Origin: Parcubacteria group bacterium
GTDB taxonomy: Bacteria; Patescibacteriota; Minisyncoccia; Moranbacterales; UBA11712
NCBI GenBank assembly: GCA_041659065.1
Contig: JBAZYY010000003.1
Coordinates: 20,696-84,695, forward strand
DNA: 64,000 nt
Direction: 5' to 3'
Shown here: piece by piece, positions 56,189 to 64,000 of the stretch
Position numbering within the stretch: position 1 is the stretch's first letter
How the letters are laid out: every line of letters begins with the position of its first letter
Made by a program: the position numbers and the translations under genes
Notes under the pieces: generated by a model
Told to the model about the DNA's origin: nothing
Seen by the model: the letters and a program-made list of their open reading frames with translations, nothing else
The model's database searches: none

Positions 56189-57001
56189 ATGGCGATAAAT
56201 CAGAAGAAAAAAGTCGGCGTGGTCGGCTATGGCTACGTTGGCAAGGCAGTGTATAAGTTTTTCGAGGATAATTTTGAAGTTGCTTTTTACGATCCGGAGG
56301 TCGATGGTTCGGCAACAAAAGAAGAGATTAACGCGTGTGATTTGGCGGTTGTTTGCGTCCCCACTCCGATGAGCGAGAGCGGAGCCTGCGACTTGTCGAT
56401 TATCGAAGAGGCTATTAATTGGCTTGAAACTCCGCTAATCCTGATAAAGAGTACGATTCCGCCAGGAACAACAGCCAAGCTTATTGAAAAAACGGGCAAA
56501 AAAATTTGTTTTTCCCCGGAGTACATCGGCGAGGGAGGATATTTTGTGCCGCATTGGAAATATCCCCACCCAAAGAAAATGAAATACCATAATTTCCATA
56601 TTGTTGGCGGGAAAAAGGAAACAGCTTCTCAAATTATGGACTATTTTGTGCGGATAATGGGGCCGGACGCGAAATTTTTCGCGACGGATTCGACCACGGC
56701 CGAACTGGTTAAATATATGGAAAACTCTTTTATTGCTGCTAAAGTGACATTCTGCAATGAATTCTACGGCATAGCCAAATCTTTTGGAGTTGATTACAAA
56801 GAACTCCGGGAACTGTGGCTTCTGGACGAACGGGTGGGCAGGATGTTTACCGCAGTCTTTCCGGACAAACGTGGTTTTGAGGGAAAATGCATACCTAAAG
56901 ATGTTAACGCGATTGCAAAGGCCGCTGAAGATTCCGGTTATGATCCTAGATTTATAAAATCAATCCTGGAGAATAACGAGCGGATAAGGAAAGAATCCTA
57001 A
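56189..57001 (+). CDS. UDP-glucose/GDP-mannose dehydrogenase-family protein (short, 270 aa)
   Basis: An N-terminal Rossmann GVVGYGYVGKAV and a central-domain region. It lacks the usual C-terminal UDP-binding domain. Confidence 0.55.
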   Translation: MAINQKKKVGVVGYGYVGKAVYKFFEDNFEVAFYDPEVDGSATKEEINACDLAVVCVPTPMSESGACDLSIIEEAINWLETPLILIKSTIPPGTTAKLIEKTGKKICFSPEYIGEGGYFVPHWKYPHPKKMKYHNFHIVGGKKETASQIMDYFVRIMGPDAKFFATDSTTAELVKYMENSFIAAKVTFCNEFYGIAKSFGVDYKELRELWLLDERVGRMFTAVFPDKRGFEGKCIPKDVNAIAKAAEDSGYDPRFIKSILENNERIRKES

Positions 57002-57095
57002 AAAGCGGAGAAAGAATTATAAATTTTCGGAACCTGAACGCGAGAGTCCCTAAAAATTTGTAATTCTTTCTTTTATTATATAAATATATCAAACC

Positions 57096-58358
57096 ATGGA
57101 ACTTATTGCTCCCGGCGGGAGTCTCGAAAAAATTGAATATGCTTATCATTACGGAGCAGACGCGGTCTATGTTGGCCTACCAGCCTTTTCCCTGCGCTCA
57201 AGAATTAATGAATTCAACGAAGCTAAGCTAAAAAAGGCGGTGGAATTGGCGAGATCCGCCAAGAAGAAGATTTATTTTACGCTCAACATATACGCGCACG
57301 AGCGCCACTTGAAATTACTCGAAAAGCATGTGGCATTCATAAAAAGCATAAAGCCCGACGCACTGATCGTCAGCGATCCCGGGGTTGTAAGATTGCTCAG
57401 AAAGAAAATCCCAAAAATCAGAATTCATCTCTCAACTCAGGCCAATACGACCAACTCCGAATCCGTAAAATTCTGGAGCGAACAGGGTATTTCAAGGATT
57501 ATCTTGGCGCGCGAAGTGACGCTCTCGGAAATAAAGGCAATCAGGAAAAAATGTCCTAAGATCGAACTCGAATATTTCGTCCATGGAGCGATGTGTATGA
57601 GTTATAGCGGCCGATGCCTCCTTTCGCGTTGGCTGGCGAATCGGAGCGCGAACCTCGGAGACTGCATCCAGCCTTGCAGATGGAAGACTAAGTTAAAAGT
57701 TAAAAGTGAAAAATTAAAAGTTTCGGAAGACTGTTTATTATCAATAGACAACAAGCAGAGTGCAGTTGTCAGTGAGGATAAAAATGGGACGTATATTTTC
57801 AATTCCAAAGATCTTTGTCTGATTGAATATCTGGACAAGCTTGCAGAAGCGGGAGTAAATGCTTTCAAGATCGAAGGGCGAACCAAGAGCGTCTACTATG
57901 TTTCCGTTGCTACGAAGTTTTATCGGGAAGTTTTGAATGCCGCGGCCTCTGAAAAAAATAAGGGGAAAATAAAGATAATTACCGCCGAAGCCAAGAACGA
58001 GCTTATGAAATTGACGAATCGCGGCTATACCACCGGATTTTTACTCGGGAAAGAAGGTTGGGAGAATAATTTCTCATGTTCGCACAAAAAAAACGATTAC
58101 CAATTTGTGGGACAAATAATAAAATCAGGCAAAGATTTTTTTCACAAAGCGAAAGTTCACAACGCACTCAGAGAAGGCGAAGAAGTCGAAGTTATTTCCA
58201 GTTCCGGTATATCACTGTCGCGAGTAGCCGAAATAAAAAGTCCGGATGGCAAGACCGTCGCAGAGGCCCATGGCGGGAGCAAAAGCATATACTATCTTAG
58301 GCTTGAAAAAGACTATCCGGAAAAAACTTTACTTAGAAAAAAAATGTTTTGTGGATAA
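57096..58358 (+). CDS. peptidase U32 family protein
   Basis: The U32 signature region E-x-F-x-H-G-A-M-C-x-S-Y-S-G-R-C (EYFVHGAMCMSYSGRCLLS). It contains an in-frame AAAGTT-type repeat insertion. Confidence 0.8.
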   Translation: MELIAPGGSLEKIEYAYHYGADAVYVGLPAFSLRSRINEFNEAKLKKAVELARSAKKKIYFTLNIYAHERHLKLLEKHVAFIKSIKPDALIVSDPGVVRLLRKKIPKIRIHLSTQANTTNSESVKFWSEQGISRIILAREVTLSEIKAIRKKCPKIELEYFVHGAMCMSYSGRCLLSRWLANRSANLGDCIQPCRWKTKLKVKSEKLKVSEDCLLSIDNKQSAVVSEDKNGTYIFNSKDLCLIEYLDKLAEAGVNAFKIEGRTKSVYYVSVATKFYREVLNAAASEKNKGKIKIITAEAKNELMKLTNRGYTTGFLLGKEGWENNFSCSHKKNDYQFVGQIIKSGKDFFHKAKVHNALREGEEVEVISSSGISLSRVAEIKSPDGKTVAEAHGGSKSIYYLRLEKDYPEKTLLRKKMFCG

Positions 58359-58431
58359 CTTTTTTGCTATGCGCAAAGATAAAAATATGTTATTATTTGG
58401 AAAAGAAATTATCTAACTAACGTATAAAACA

Positions 58432-59160
58432 ATGAAAGGGAGGATTCAAACAAAAAGCAAAAAAACGCCGAATAATAAAAGGAAAATTAAATCAGGCGTG
58501 AAAGTTGCGGCGGCAAAAAAGTTTTTTAGCAGCCAAAGCAAAAAGGCCGACACCAAAGAGCTGAAAATAAAATGGCACAAAGATAACCTGCGGTTCGGAG
58601 TTTCTCTGATCGTTCTGACAGCACTCCTTGAAGCGGCTTTGTTTATGTTTCTCTTGGTTTTGAATAATTCAACGGACATCGCAGCGAGCAAGGCAAATGC
58701 CTATCAGGCGCCGATTCAAACAGGCGCAGTTCAAAAAAAGATAGCCAGTTCCGCGGAAAAAACAGTAAAGGATGACGGTTTGGACTATGAGGTTACTATC
58801 CCGAAGGAAATTGGAGATTGGATGTATAAGACCGGATACGTGAAAAGCTTGGTCGATGATACTCTCTCGGATGAATATCTGCAAATTTATATGCCGCTAC
58901 CAGCTAAATCAGGAGGAAATAAATTTGAAGGTCGCTATCAAAATATCCTGACAATTATGCGTTTTACGGAGGAGGAATGGGATGACATTGACAAAGGCTG
59001 CGCGAAAAGCGACCTCTACTATTGCGATACGCAAGGAAAAGAACTGGACAGAAAAGATGGCTATGTCTATAGCTACACCGCGCCGGCGGATTGTCCGAAA
59101 GAGATAAGCTACGGATGTGGAAAAACCGATCAAATTGTTGGGAGCTTCAAGCTAAAGTGA
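58432..59160 (+). CDS. hypothetical membrane-anchored protein (242 aa)
   Basis: A basic N-terminus, one TM helix, and a C-terminal Cys-containing domain. Confidence 0.4.
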   Translation: MKGRIQTKSKKTPNNKRKIKSGVKVAAAKKFFSSQSKKADTKELKIKWHKDNLRFGVSLIVLTALLEAALFMFLLVLNNSTDIAASKANAYQAPIQTGAVQKKIASSAEKTVKDDGLDYEVTIPKEIGDWMYKTGYVKSLVDDTLSDEYLQIYMPLPAKSGGNKFEGRYQNILTIMRFTEEEWDDIDKGCAKSDLYYCDTQGKELDRKDGYVYSYTAPADCPKEISYGCGKTDQIVGSFKLK

Positions 59161-59165
59161 TTTGA

Positions 59166-59189
59166 AGGCCTCGGCAAGAGGCCTTTTTC
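59166..59189 (+). terminator. rho-independent terminator
   Basis: aggcctc-ggcaa-gaggcct hairpin followed by TTTTT, directly after the stop. Confidence 0.7.
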
Positions 59190-59254
59190 TTAAATTGCAT
59201 CTTACTCGTCGGTATCGGCGTAATATATATCCGGAAAGAATATCCGCAAAGTAA

Positions 59255-60043
59255 ATGGCAATAATCGATAAAATCAGGTTTCTCTTATCCAGGATGGAAA
59301 TCCTTCGCAACGTTTTTCTGATAGTATTTCTGATTTTGGTCGTCACAATTATCCTAACCCCCATTCTTGTCAGCCGGGGACTTTTTGGCTTTACGGAGGA
59401 AGCTTTTGAAGCAGTCCTTCTTTTTGTGCAGGTATCGGTAGCGTGGAACGTTTTTCGGCAATACGAAAAAACGGTCAAACGGCAGGAGGAAGAAACTCGA
59501 AAACTGGAAATAGAATACGAAATAAAAGAAAAAGAGCTCTTGGAAGCTTTCAAGCACCTGGGCAAAATTAACGTACAAATATCGCTGGTAAAATCTTTTC
59601 TGCAAAAACTTAAAGCTCCCACCTCAAAAAAGGAGATGAAACAATATATCGATGAGATCTTGCGAATTGCTCTTTCTCTGGCAAGAAAGCAATGGATCGC
59701 GCTAAAGATGATAAACCCGGAAAATCTCAACACGGTCTCCGAGCACTGGGCGCAAGTTTCACCCAACACGAAAGTCGATGATATTAAGATAGGCAACAAA
59801 GACATTATTGATCTAGCGGATAAAAATGATATCTGCAATAAGGATGGCTATTGCGTAATTACATCTGAAGGGGATGGCACCGCGCCTCTCCGGGCTTATC
59901 TGGTATTTCTTGAAAATAAGAAAATTGACCCCGAAATCAGGGATTTTCTCGAAGCGGCGGCGAATCAATGCGAGCTTCTATATGCCCTTTATTCCCTGAA
60001 ATATAAAAAAGACAACGGGAAATCGGTAATTTTCGGGCCTTAG
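59255..60043 (+). CDS. hypothetical membrane protein (262 aa)
   Basis: An N-terminal TM helix and a coiled-coil central region. Confidence 0.4.
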   Translation: MAIIDKIRFLLSRMEILRNVFLIVFLILVVTIILTPILVSRGLFGFTEEAFEAVLLFVQVSVAWNVFRQYEKTVKRQEEETRKLEIEYEIKEKELLEAFKHLGKINVQISLVKSFLQKLKAPTSKKEMKQYIDEILRIALSLARKQWIALKMINPENLNTVSEHWAQVSPNTKVDDIKIGNKDIIDLADKNDICNKDGYCVITSEGDGTAPLRAYLVFLENKKIDPEIRDFLEAAANQCELLYALYSLKYKKDNGKSVIFGP

Positions 60044-60063
60044 CGCCAAAAGCGCGAATAAGT

Positions 60064-60092
60064 CTTGACGCAGGGCGAATAACCTGTTAAAT
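60064..60092 (+). promoter_or_regulatory. sigma-70-like promoter (TTGACG-17-TAAATT) for the glyS leader
   Basis: A near-consensus -35 and -10 with 17-nt spacing, ~360 nt upstream of glyS. Confidence 0.4.
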
Positions 60093-60099
60093 TAATTCA

Positions 60100-60454
60100 T
60101 GGGGAATTGGCAACTCCTCCGATAAAATTCCATATTTAAAGTGTCTTTTGAGATTAGCCTGTCCTCCAGCCAGGAAATTTCAGAGGGAAGTCGGGTGGAA
60201 CCGCGGACCGATTAGTATCTGGTATTTAGTATCTAGTATCTAGTATTTTGGAATGATCCTGAAAATATTGATCAGCGAAATACTAAATACGAAATACTAT
60301 ATACAAAATACGATTTTGGCTCGTCCCGAATATCTGAAATTAATTTTTTGGATGTTTAGGACGAGCTTTTATAATAAGCTAAAAAGTAAAAATGAAAAGT
60401 GAAAAAGTCTGGTGTCGCTTCGCGATTATTATATTAAATTGTTAAATTAATATT
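60100..60454 (+). promoter_or_regulatory. T-box-like leader upstream of glycine--tRNA ligase
   Basis: Contains GGGTGGAACCGCGG, matching the T-box consensus AGGGUGGNACCGCG 13/13. A candidate GGCA specifier context lies upstream. A strong intrinsic terminator follows at 60318..60370 (GGCTCGTCC...GGACGAGC + TTTT). The spacing is atypical because an intervening repeat-rich hairpin is present. Confidence 0.45.
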
Positions 60455-61855
60455 ATGGCAGAAAAAAAAGAAAACATGATGGAAAAAATTGTGTCGCTGT
60501 GCAAGCGGCGGGGATTTGTTTTTCCTTCTTCGGAAATTTATGGAGGGATGCAGGCTATTTATGACTATGGCCACTACGGGACATTGCTGAAAAATAATAT
60601 TCGCGACGAATGGTGGAAGCATATGGTGCAATTTCGAGACGATGTGGTTGGTCTCGACAGTTCCATTTTCATGCATCCGACAACTTGGGTGGCTTCCGGA
60701 CACGTGGAGGGTTTTGACGATCCGCAAATCGATTGCCGCCAGTGCAAAGCCAGAATGAGAGCTGATCATGTTCTGGAAGAGCATGGCATCAGCGCCGACA
60801 AAGCGCCGATTGAATTCATCAATGAAAAACTCGACGAATTGCGGGCAGCCAAAAAATTGAAGTGCGTCGCCTGCGGATCGGATGATCTCACTCCGGCGAA
60901 AAGATTTTCTTTGATGGTGAAATCGAATCTGGGATCCCCAACGGATGCGTTGAGCGAGGAAAACGTAGTGTACTTGCGGCCGGAGACTTGCGGAGGAATT
61001 TATTTGGAATACAAAAATACCGTTGATTCTTTGCACGTGAAGCTGCCTTTCGGGATCGCTCAAATCGGGAAGGCCTTCCGCAACGAAATCGTTGCGCGGC
61101 AATTCATATTCCGCACTCGCGAATTCGAACAAATGGAAATGCAATATTTCTTGCACCCGAGCGTCATGAAAGAAAAATATGATATGTGGAAACAAATCCG
61201 CTGGGACTGGTATCTTGAATATGGCATAAAAGCGGATGAAATTCGCTGGTACAAGCACGAAAAGCTGGCGCACTACGCTTCCGAAGCCTACGACGTTGAG
61301 TATAATTTCAAATCCCTTGGAGGTTTCAAGGAAGTTGAAGGAATCCACGCGCGAGGAAATTGGGATTTGTCGCAGCATTCCAAATTTTCGGGAGTGGAAC
61401 TTGACTATTTCGACGAAAAGACCGGTGAAAAATTCATTCCTCATATCATGGAGACTTCAGCTGGTCTCAATCGGCATGTGCTGATGTTCATTGATCAGGC
61501 CTACACCGAAGAAAAAGTCGGCGATGAAACAAGGGTAGTTCTGAAATTTGACAAGAGGCTAGCGCCGATCAAAGCGGCCGTTTTGCCGCTTTCCAAAAAA
61601 GACGAGCTGACCAAACCTGCCAAGGAAATTTGGAATACATTGAAAATGCAATTTATGACGGACTATGATGAAACCCAATCAATTGGCAAGCGCTATCGCC
61701 GGCAGGATGAGATCGGAACACCCTATTGCGTGACGGTTGATTTTGAAACTTTGAATGACAAAGCCGTTACGGTGCGCGAACGGGATTCAATGCAGCAGGA
61801 AAGGGTGAAGATTGAAGAATTAGTGAAATATCTGAGAGAGAGAATAGGGGATTAA
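60455..61855 (+). CDS. glyS: glycine--tRNA ligase (alpha2 dimeric type)
   Basis: Class II motifs (FRNEI ... RTREFEQME; GLNRHVLMF), a zinc/insertion region, and a C-terminal anticodon-binding domain; 466 aa. Confidence 0.9.
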   Translation: MAEKKENMMEKIVSLCKRRGFVFPSSEIYGGMQAIYDYGHYGTLLKNNIRDEWWKHMVQFRDDVVGLDSSIFMHPTTWVASGHVEGFDDPQIDCRQCKARMRADHVLEEHGISADKAPIEFINEKLDELRAAKKLKCVACGSDDLTPAKRFSLMVKSNLGSPTDALSEENVVYLRPETCGGIYLEYKNTVDSLHVKLPFGIAQIGKAFRNEIVARQFIFRTREFEQMEMQYFLHPSVMKEKYDMWKQIRWDWYLEYGIKADEIRWYKHEKLAHYASEAYDVEYNFKSLGGFKEVEGIHARGNWDLSQHSKFSGVELDYFDEKTGEKFIPHIMETSAGLNRHVLMFIDQAYTEEKVGDETRVVLKFDKRLAPIKAAVLPLSKKDELTKPAKEIWNTLKMQFMTDYDETQSIGKRYRRQDEIGTPYCVTVDFETLNDKAVTVRERDSMQQERVKIEELVKYLRERIGD

Positions 61856-61937
61856 GTTGCAACTCATAAGAAGTTCTAATCGATAAAACATTATTACAGT
61901 ACTACGTAGTATTGAAGTATTGTAGAAAATAACATTT

Positions 61938-62903
61938 ATGAAAATAAAAGAAATCTACAAGCTGGCTATAAAAATGGGGATTGAATCCGATTTGCGCGGC
62001 AAAGATTTTGTTTTGAAACAATTAAAAAAAACAAAGGAGAAATATGAAAAGCTGTCCAAGGAAGAAAAAGCTGAATTTGACGAGGAAAAATTACACAATC
62101 CTTATTCAGACTCAAGGATTTTGACCGGTGATCCAAATAAGGAAATTAAAAGAATAATGGTCGGAATTGATATCGACCCGGCGGAATTAATGATGGCTCG
62201 TTATTTGAGTGACAAGGGCCAGGAGATTGATTTGGTCATGGGGCATCATCCGATTGGCAGCGCGCTTAACGATATCGCCGGAGTAATGCACTTGCAAGCG
62301 GATATTTTGGCGCAATACGGTGTGCCTATCAATATTGCCGAGGCCGTGATGCTGCCGAGAATTACGGAAATATCCCAAGGAATTTTTCAAGCCTATAACT
62401 ATGACCGACCGGTCCAAGCCGCCAAACTTTTGGGGTTTCCGCTGATGTGTATCCATACCCCGGCCGATAACTTGGTGGCTAATCATATAGAGAAAATAAT
62501 CAAGAAAGAGAAGCCTGATACGGTTGGAGAAGTGCTTAAGGTTCTGAATGATATTTCGGAGTATAAAGAAGCGATAAAATACAAAGCGGGCCCGCAAATT
62601 GTAGTCGGCCGGAAAGAAGCTCGATCCGGTAAGATTGCTGTAGATTTTACTGGGGGTACGAACGGCGCTAAAGAAATATTTAAGCATTCATCTCACGCTG
62701 GTATTGGAACCGTTATTAGTATGCACATGCGGGAGGAATGGCGCAAAGAAGCGGAAAAACATCATATCAATGTAATCATTTGCGGAGACACCCAATCCGA
62801 CTCAATCGGGATGAATCTTTTTCTTGATGAGCTTGAAAAGAAAGGGATTGATATCATTCCTTTTTCAGGTCTAATGCGAGTTAAGAGGTTCAAGAAAAAA
62901 TAA
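61938..62903 (+). CDS. Nif3-family dinuclear metal centre protein
   Basis: Conserved His clusters (DLVMGHHP ... CIHTPAD ... HSSHAG) and the NIF3 bipartite architecture. Confidence 0.7.
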   Translation: MKIKEIYKLAIKMGIESDLRGKDFVLKQLKKTKEKYEKLSKEEKAEFDEEKLHNPYSDSRILTGDPNKEIKRIMVGIDIDPAELMMARYLSDKGQEIDLVMGHHPIGSALNDIAGVMHLQADILAQYGVPINIAEAVMLPRITEISQGIFQAYNYDRPVQAAKLLGFPLMCIHTPADNLVANHIEKIIKKEKPDTVGEVLKVLNDISEYKEAIKYKAGPQIVVGRKEARSGKIAVDFTGGTNGAKEIFKHSSHAGIGTVISMHMREEWRKEAEKHHINVIICGDTQSDSIGMNLFLDELEKKGIDIIPFSGLMRVKRFKKK

Positions 62904-62944
62904 TTAACAAACAATGGCGGGAGTTGAGCTCCCGTCGTAAGATT

Positions 62945-64000
62945 ATGCATTATAAAAAAACTGTCTTAAAAAATGGTTTGCGGCTGGTTACCGCGCCGAT
63001 GAAAGATACAAACACAGTGACGGTGATAGTGTCGGCGGGGGTGGGGTCAAAATATGAGAACAAGGAAAATAATGGAATCTCACACTTCCTCGAACACATG
63101 TTTTTCAAAGGAACCAAAAAGCGCCCGAAGTCAAAAGATATTTCGGGAGCCTTGGACGCAGTGGGCGGAGAATACAACGCTTTTACCGGTAAGGAACAGA
63201 CGGCGTATTATGCTAAGGTTGACGCGAAGCACTTAGATCTCGCGCTTGACGTGGTGAGCGATATTTATCTCAACTCCAAGATTGACGGGAAAGAGATAGA
63301 GAAAGAGAGAGGAGTAATTTTGCAGGAGATAAATATGTACGAGGATACGCCGGCGATTCAAGCCAGTGATGTGTTTGAGGAGCTGCTCTACGGCGATCAG
63401 CCGGCGGGTTGGGAGATAATCGGAACGAAAGGAAACGTTTCCAAGATTAAGCGGGCGGATTTTTTGAAGCACCTCAAAAATTTCTACACGGCTCCAAATA
63501 CGGTTGTGTGCGTTGCCGGAAATATTGACGAGGACGAGGTTATAAGCAAAGCAAGAAAAATATTTGCCCGAATGCGGAAAGATGAGAGAAAGGGCAAGGC
63601 TGCCATCAGCGAAAGCCAGAAAGAGCCGCAGATTCGAATCAAGCGCAAAAAAACCGACCAAACCCATCTGGTCTTGGGAGTTCGGGCTTACAATATGTTC
63701 CATCCGGATCGTTACGCGCTTTCTCTGCTGGCCAACATTTTGGGCGGCAGCATGAGCAGCCGGCTATTTCTTTCTATCCGGGAGAAACTGGGCCTGGCGT
63801 ACTACATCGGCGCGAGTTATGAAAGCTACACGGATTCCGGTTATTTGTCAGTGAGGGCCGGCGTGGACACTGACCCGAAAAAAATCGAAAAGGCAGTCAA
63901 GACAATAATCGCCGAAATCAAGAGAATACGAGAGCGAAAAGTCGGGAAACAGGAGCTCCAAAAAGCCAAGGATAATTATCGTGGCAGAACGGCACTCGCC
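62945..64000 (+). CDS. M16-family zinc peptidase (insulinase-like), 3'-truncated by window end
   Basis: The inverted zinc motif HFLEHMFFKGT (HxxEH) near the N-terminus. The ORF runs in frame to the end of the window. Confidence 0.8.
   Translation, partial: MHYKKTVLKNGLRLVTAPMKDTNTVTVIVSAGVGSKYENKENNGISHFLEHMFFKGTKKRPKSKDISGALDAVGGEYNAFTGKEQTAYYAKVDAKHLDLALDVVSDIYLNSKIDGKEIEKERGVILQEINMYEDTPAIQASDVFEELLYGDQPAGWEIIGTKGNVSKIKRADFLKHLKNFYTAPNTVVCVAGNIDEDEVISKARKIFARMRKDERKGKAAISESQKEPQIRIKRKKTDQTHLVLGVRAYNMFHPDRYALSLLANILGGSMSSRLFLSIREKLGLAYYIGASYESYTDSGYLSVRAGVDTDPKKIEKAVKTIIAEIKRIRERKVGKQELQKAKDNYRGRTALA

Noticed and set aside
60207-60310. CRISPR array suggested by tandem AGTATCT / AAATAC repeats
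   Set aside because: The units are 7 nt, contiguous and without spacers. They form an imperfect long inverted repeat inside the glyS leader and there are no cas genes. This is a microsatellite or hairpin, not CRISPR.

Overview
This is a low-GC (~38-40%) bacterial chromosomal window with compact, often overlapping genes. It contains several tiny YhbQ-like GIY-YIG genes, a type-2 IleRS and an alpha2-type GlyRS. That gene content is compatible with an uncultivated small-genome lineage such as Patescibacteria/CPR, but this cannot be proven from the sequence. The standard genetic code is supported, because TGA stops coincide with the expected protein ends. The window falls into three parts. (1) 0.2-19.9 kb is an all-minus-strand array of housekeeping and accessory enzymes: TrmH/SpoU methyltransferase, an ECF sigma/anti-sigma pair, metallophosphoesterase, glyoxalase, SGNH hydrolase, HD, AlkD-like, APH-like kinase, two SAM methyltransferases, an Excalibur-thermonuclease, MFS transporter and RsgA. 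Its intergenic regions carry a 7-copy twin-palindrome repeat family, a small AbrB/SpoVT-family gene and a remnant copy of that gene's 3' end. (2) 19.97-41.63 kb is a ~21.6 kb integrated island bounded by a degenerate direct repeat of the 3' end of an adjacent tRNA gene. The tRNA gene itself is interrupted by a ~236-nt group I intron. The island carries a complete type I R-M operon (hsdM, a TIGR02391/HEPN gene, hsdS, a P-loop NTPase, a 301-aa unknown gene, hsdR). Immediately downstream in the same operon is a tightly coupled three-gene module of unknown function: an AlbA_2/Schlafen-like protein, a 1220-aa protein with an N-terminal PD-(D/E)xK-like motif, and a multi-zinc-ribbon protein. The island also holds a phage packaging and integration module (Xis-like HTH, ParB-fused DNA methylase, TerS-like, TerL, large serine recombinase) and a DUF91/NucS-like nuclease. 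(3) 42-64 kb holds core genes: SpoIID-like, S8 protease, TrmB regulator, GT4, ileS, recO, a DUF11 protein, tgt, a UDP-sugar dehydrogenase-like gene, a U32 peptidase, glyS with a T-box-like leader, Nif3 and an M16 peptidase. It also has a cluster of six tiny translationally coupled ORFs and in-frame AAAGTT-type microsatellite insertions inside tgt and the U32 gene. The strongest candidate for a previously undescribed system is the AlbA_2 / giant nuclease / Zn-ribbon trio, with the unusual island architecture next to the intron-containing tRNA as the second lead.
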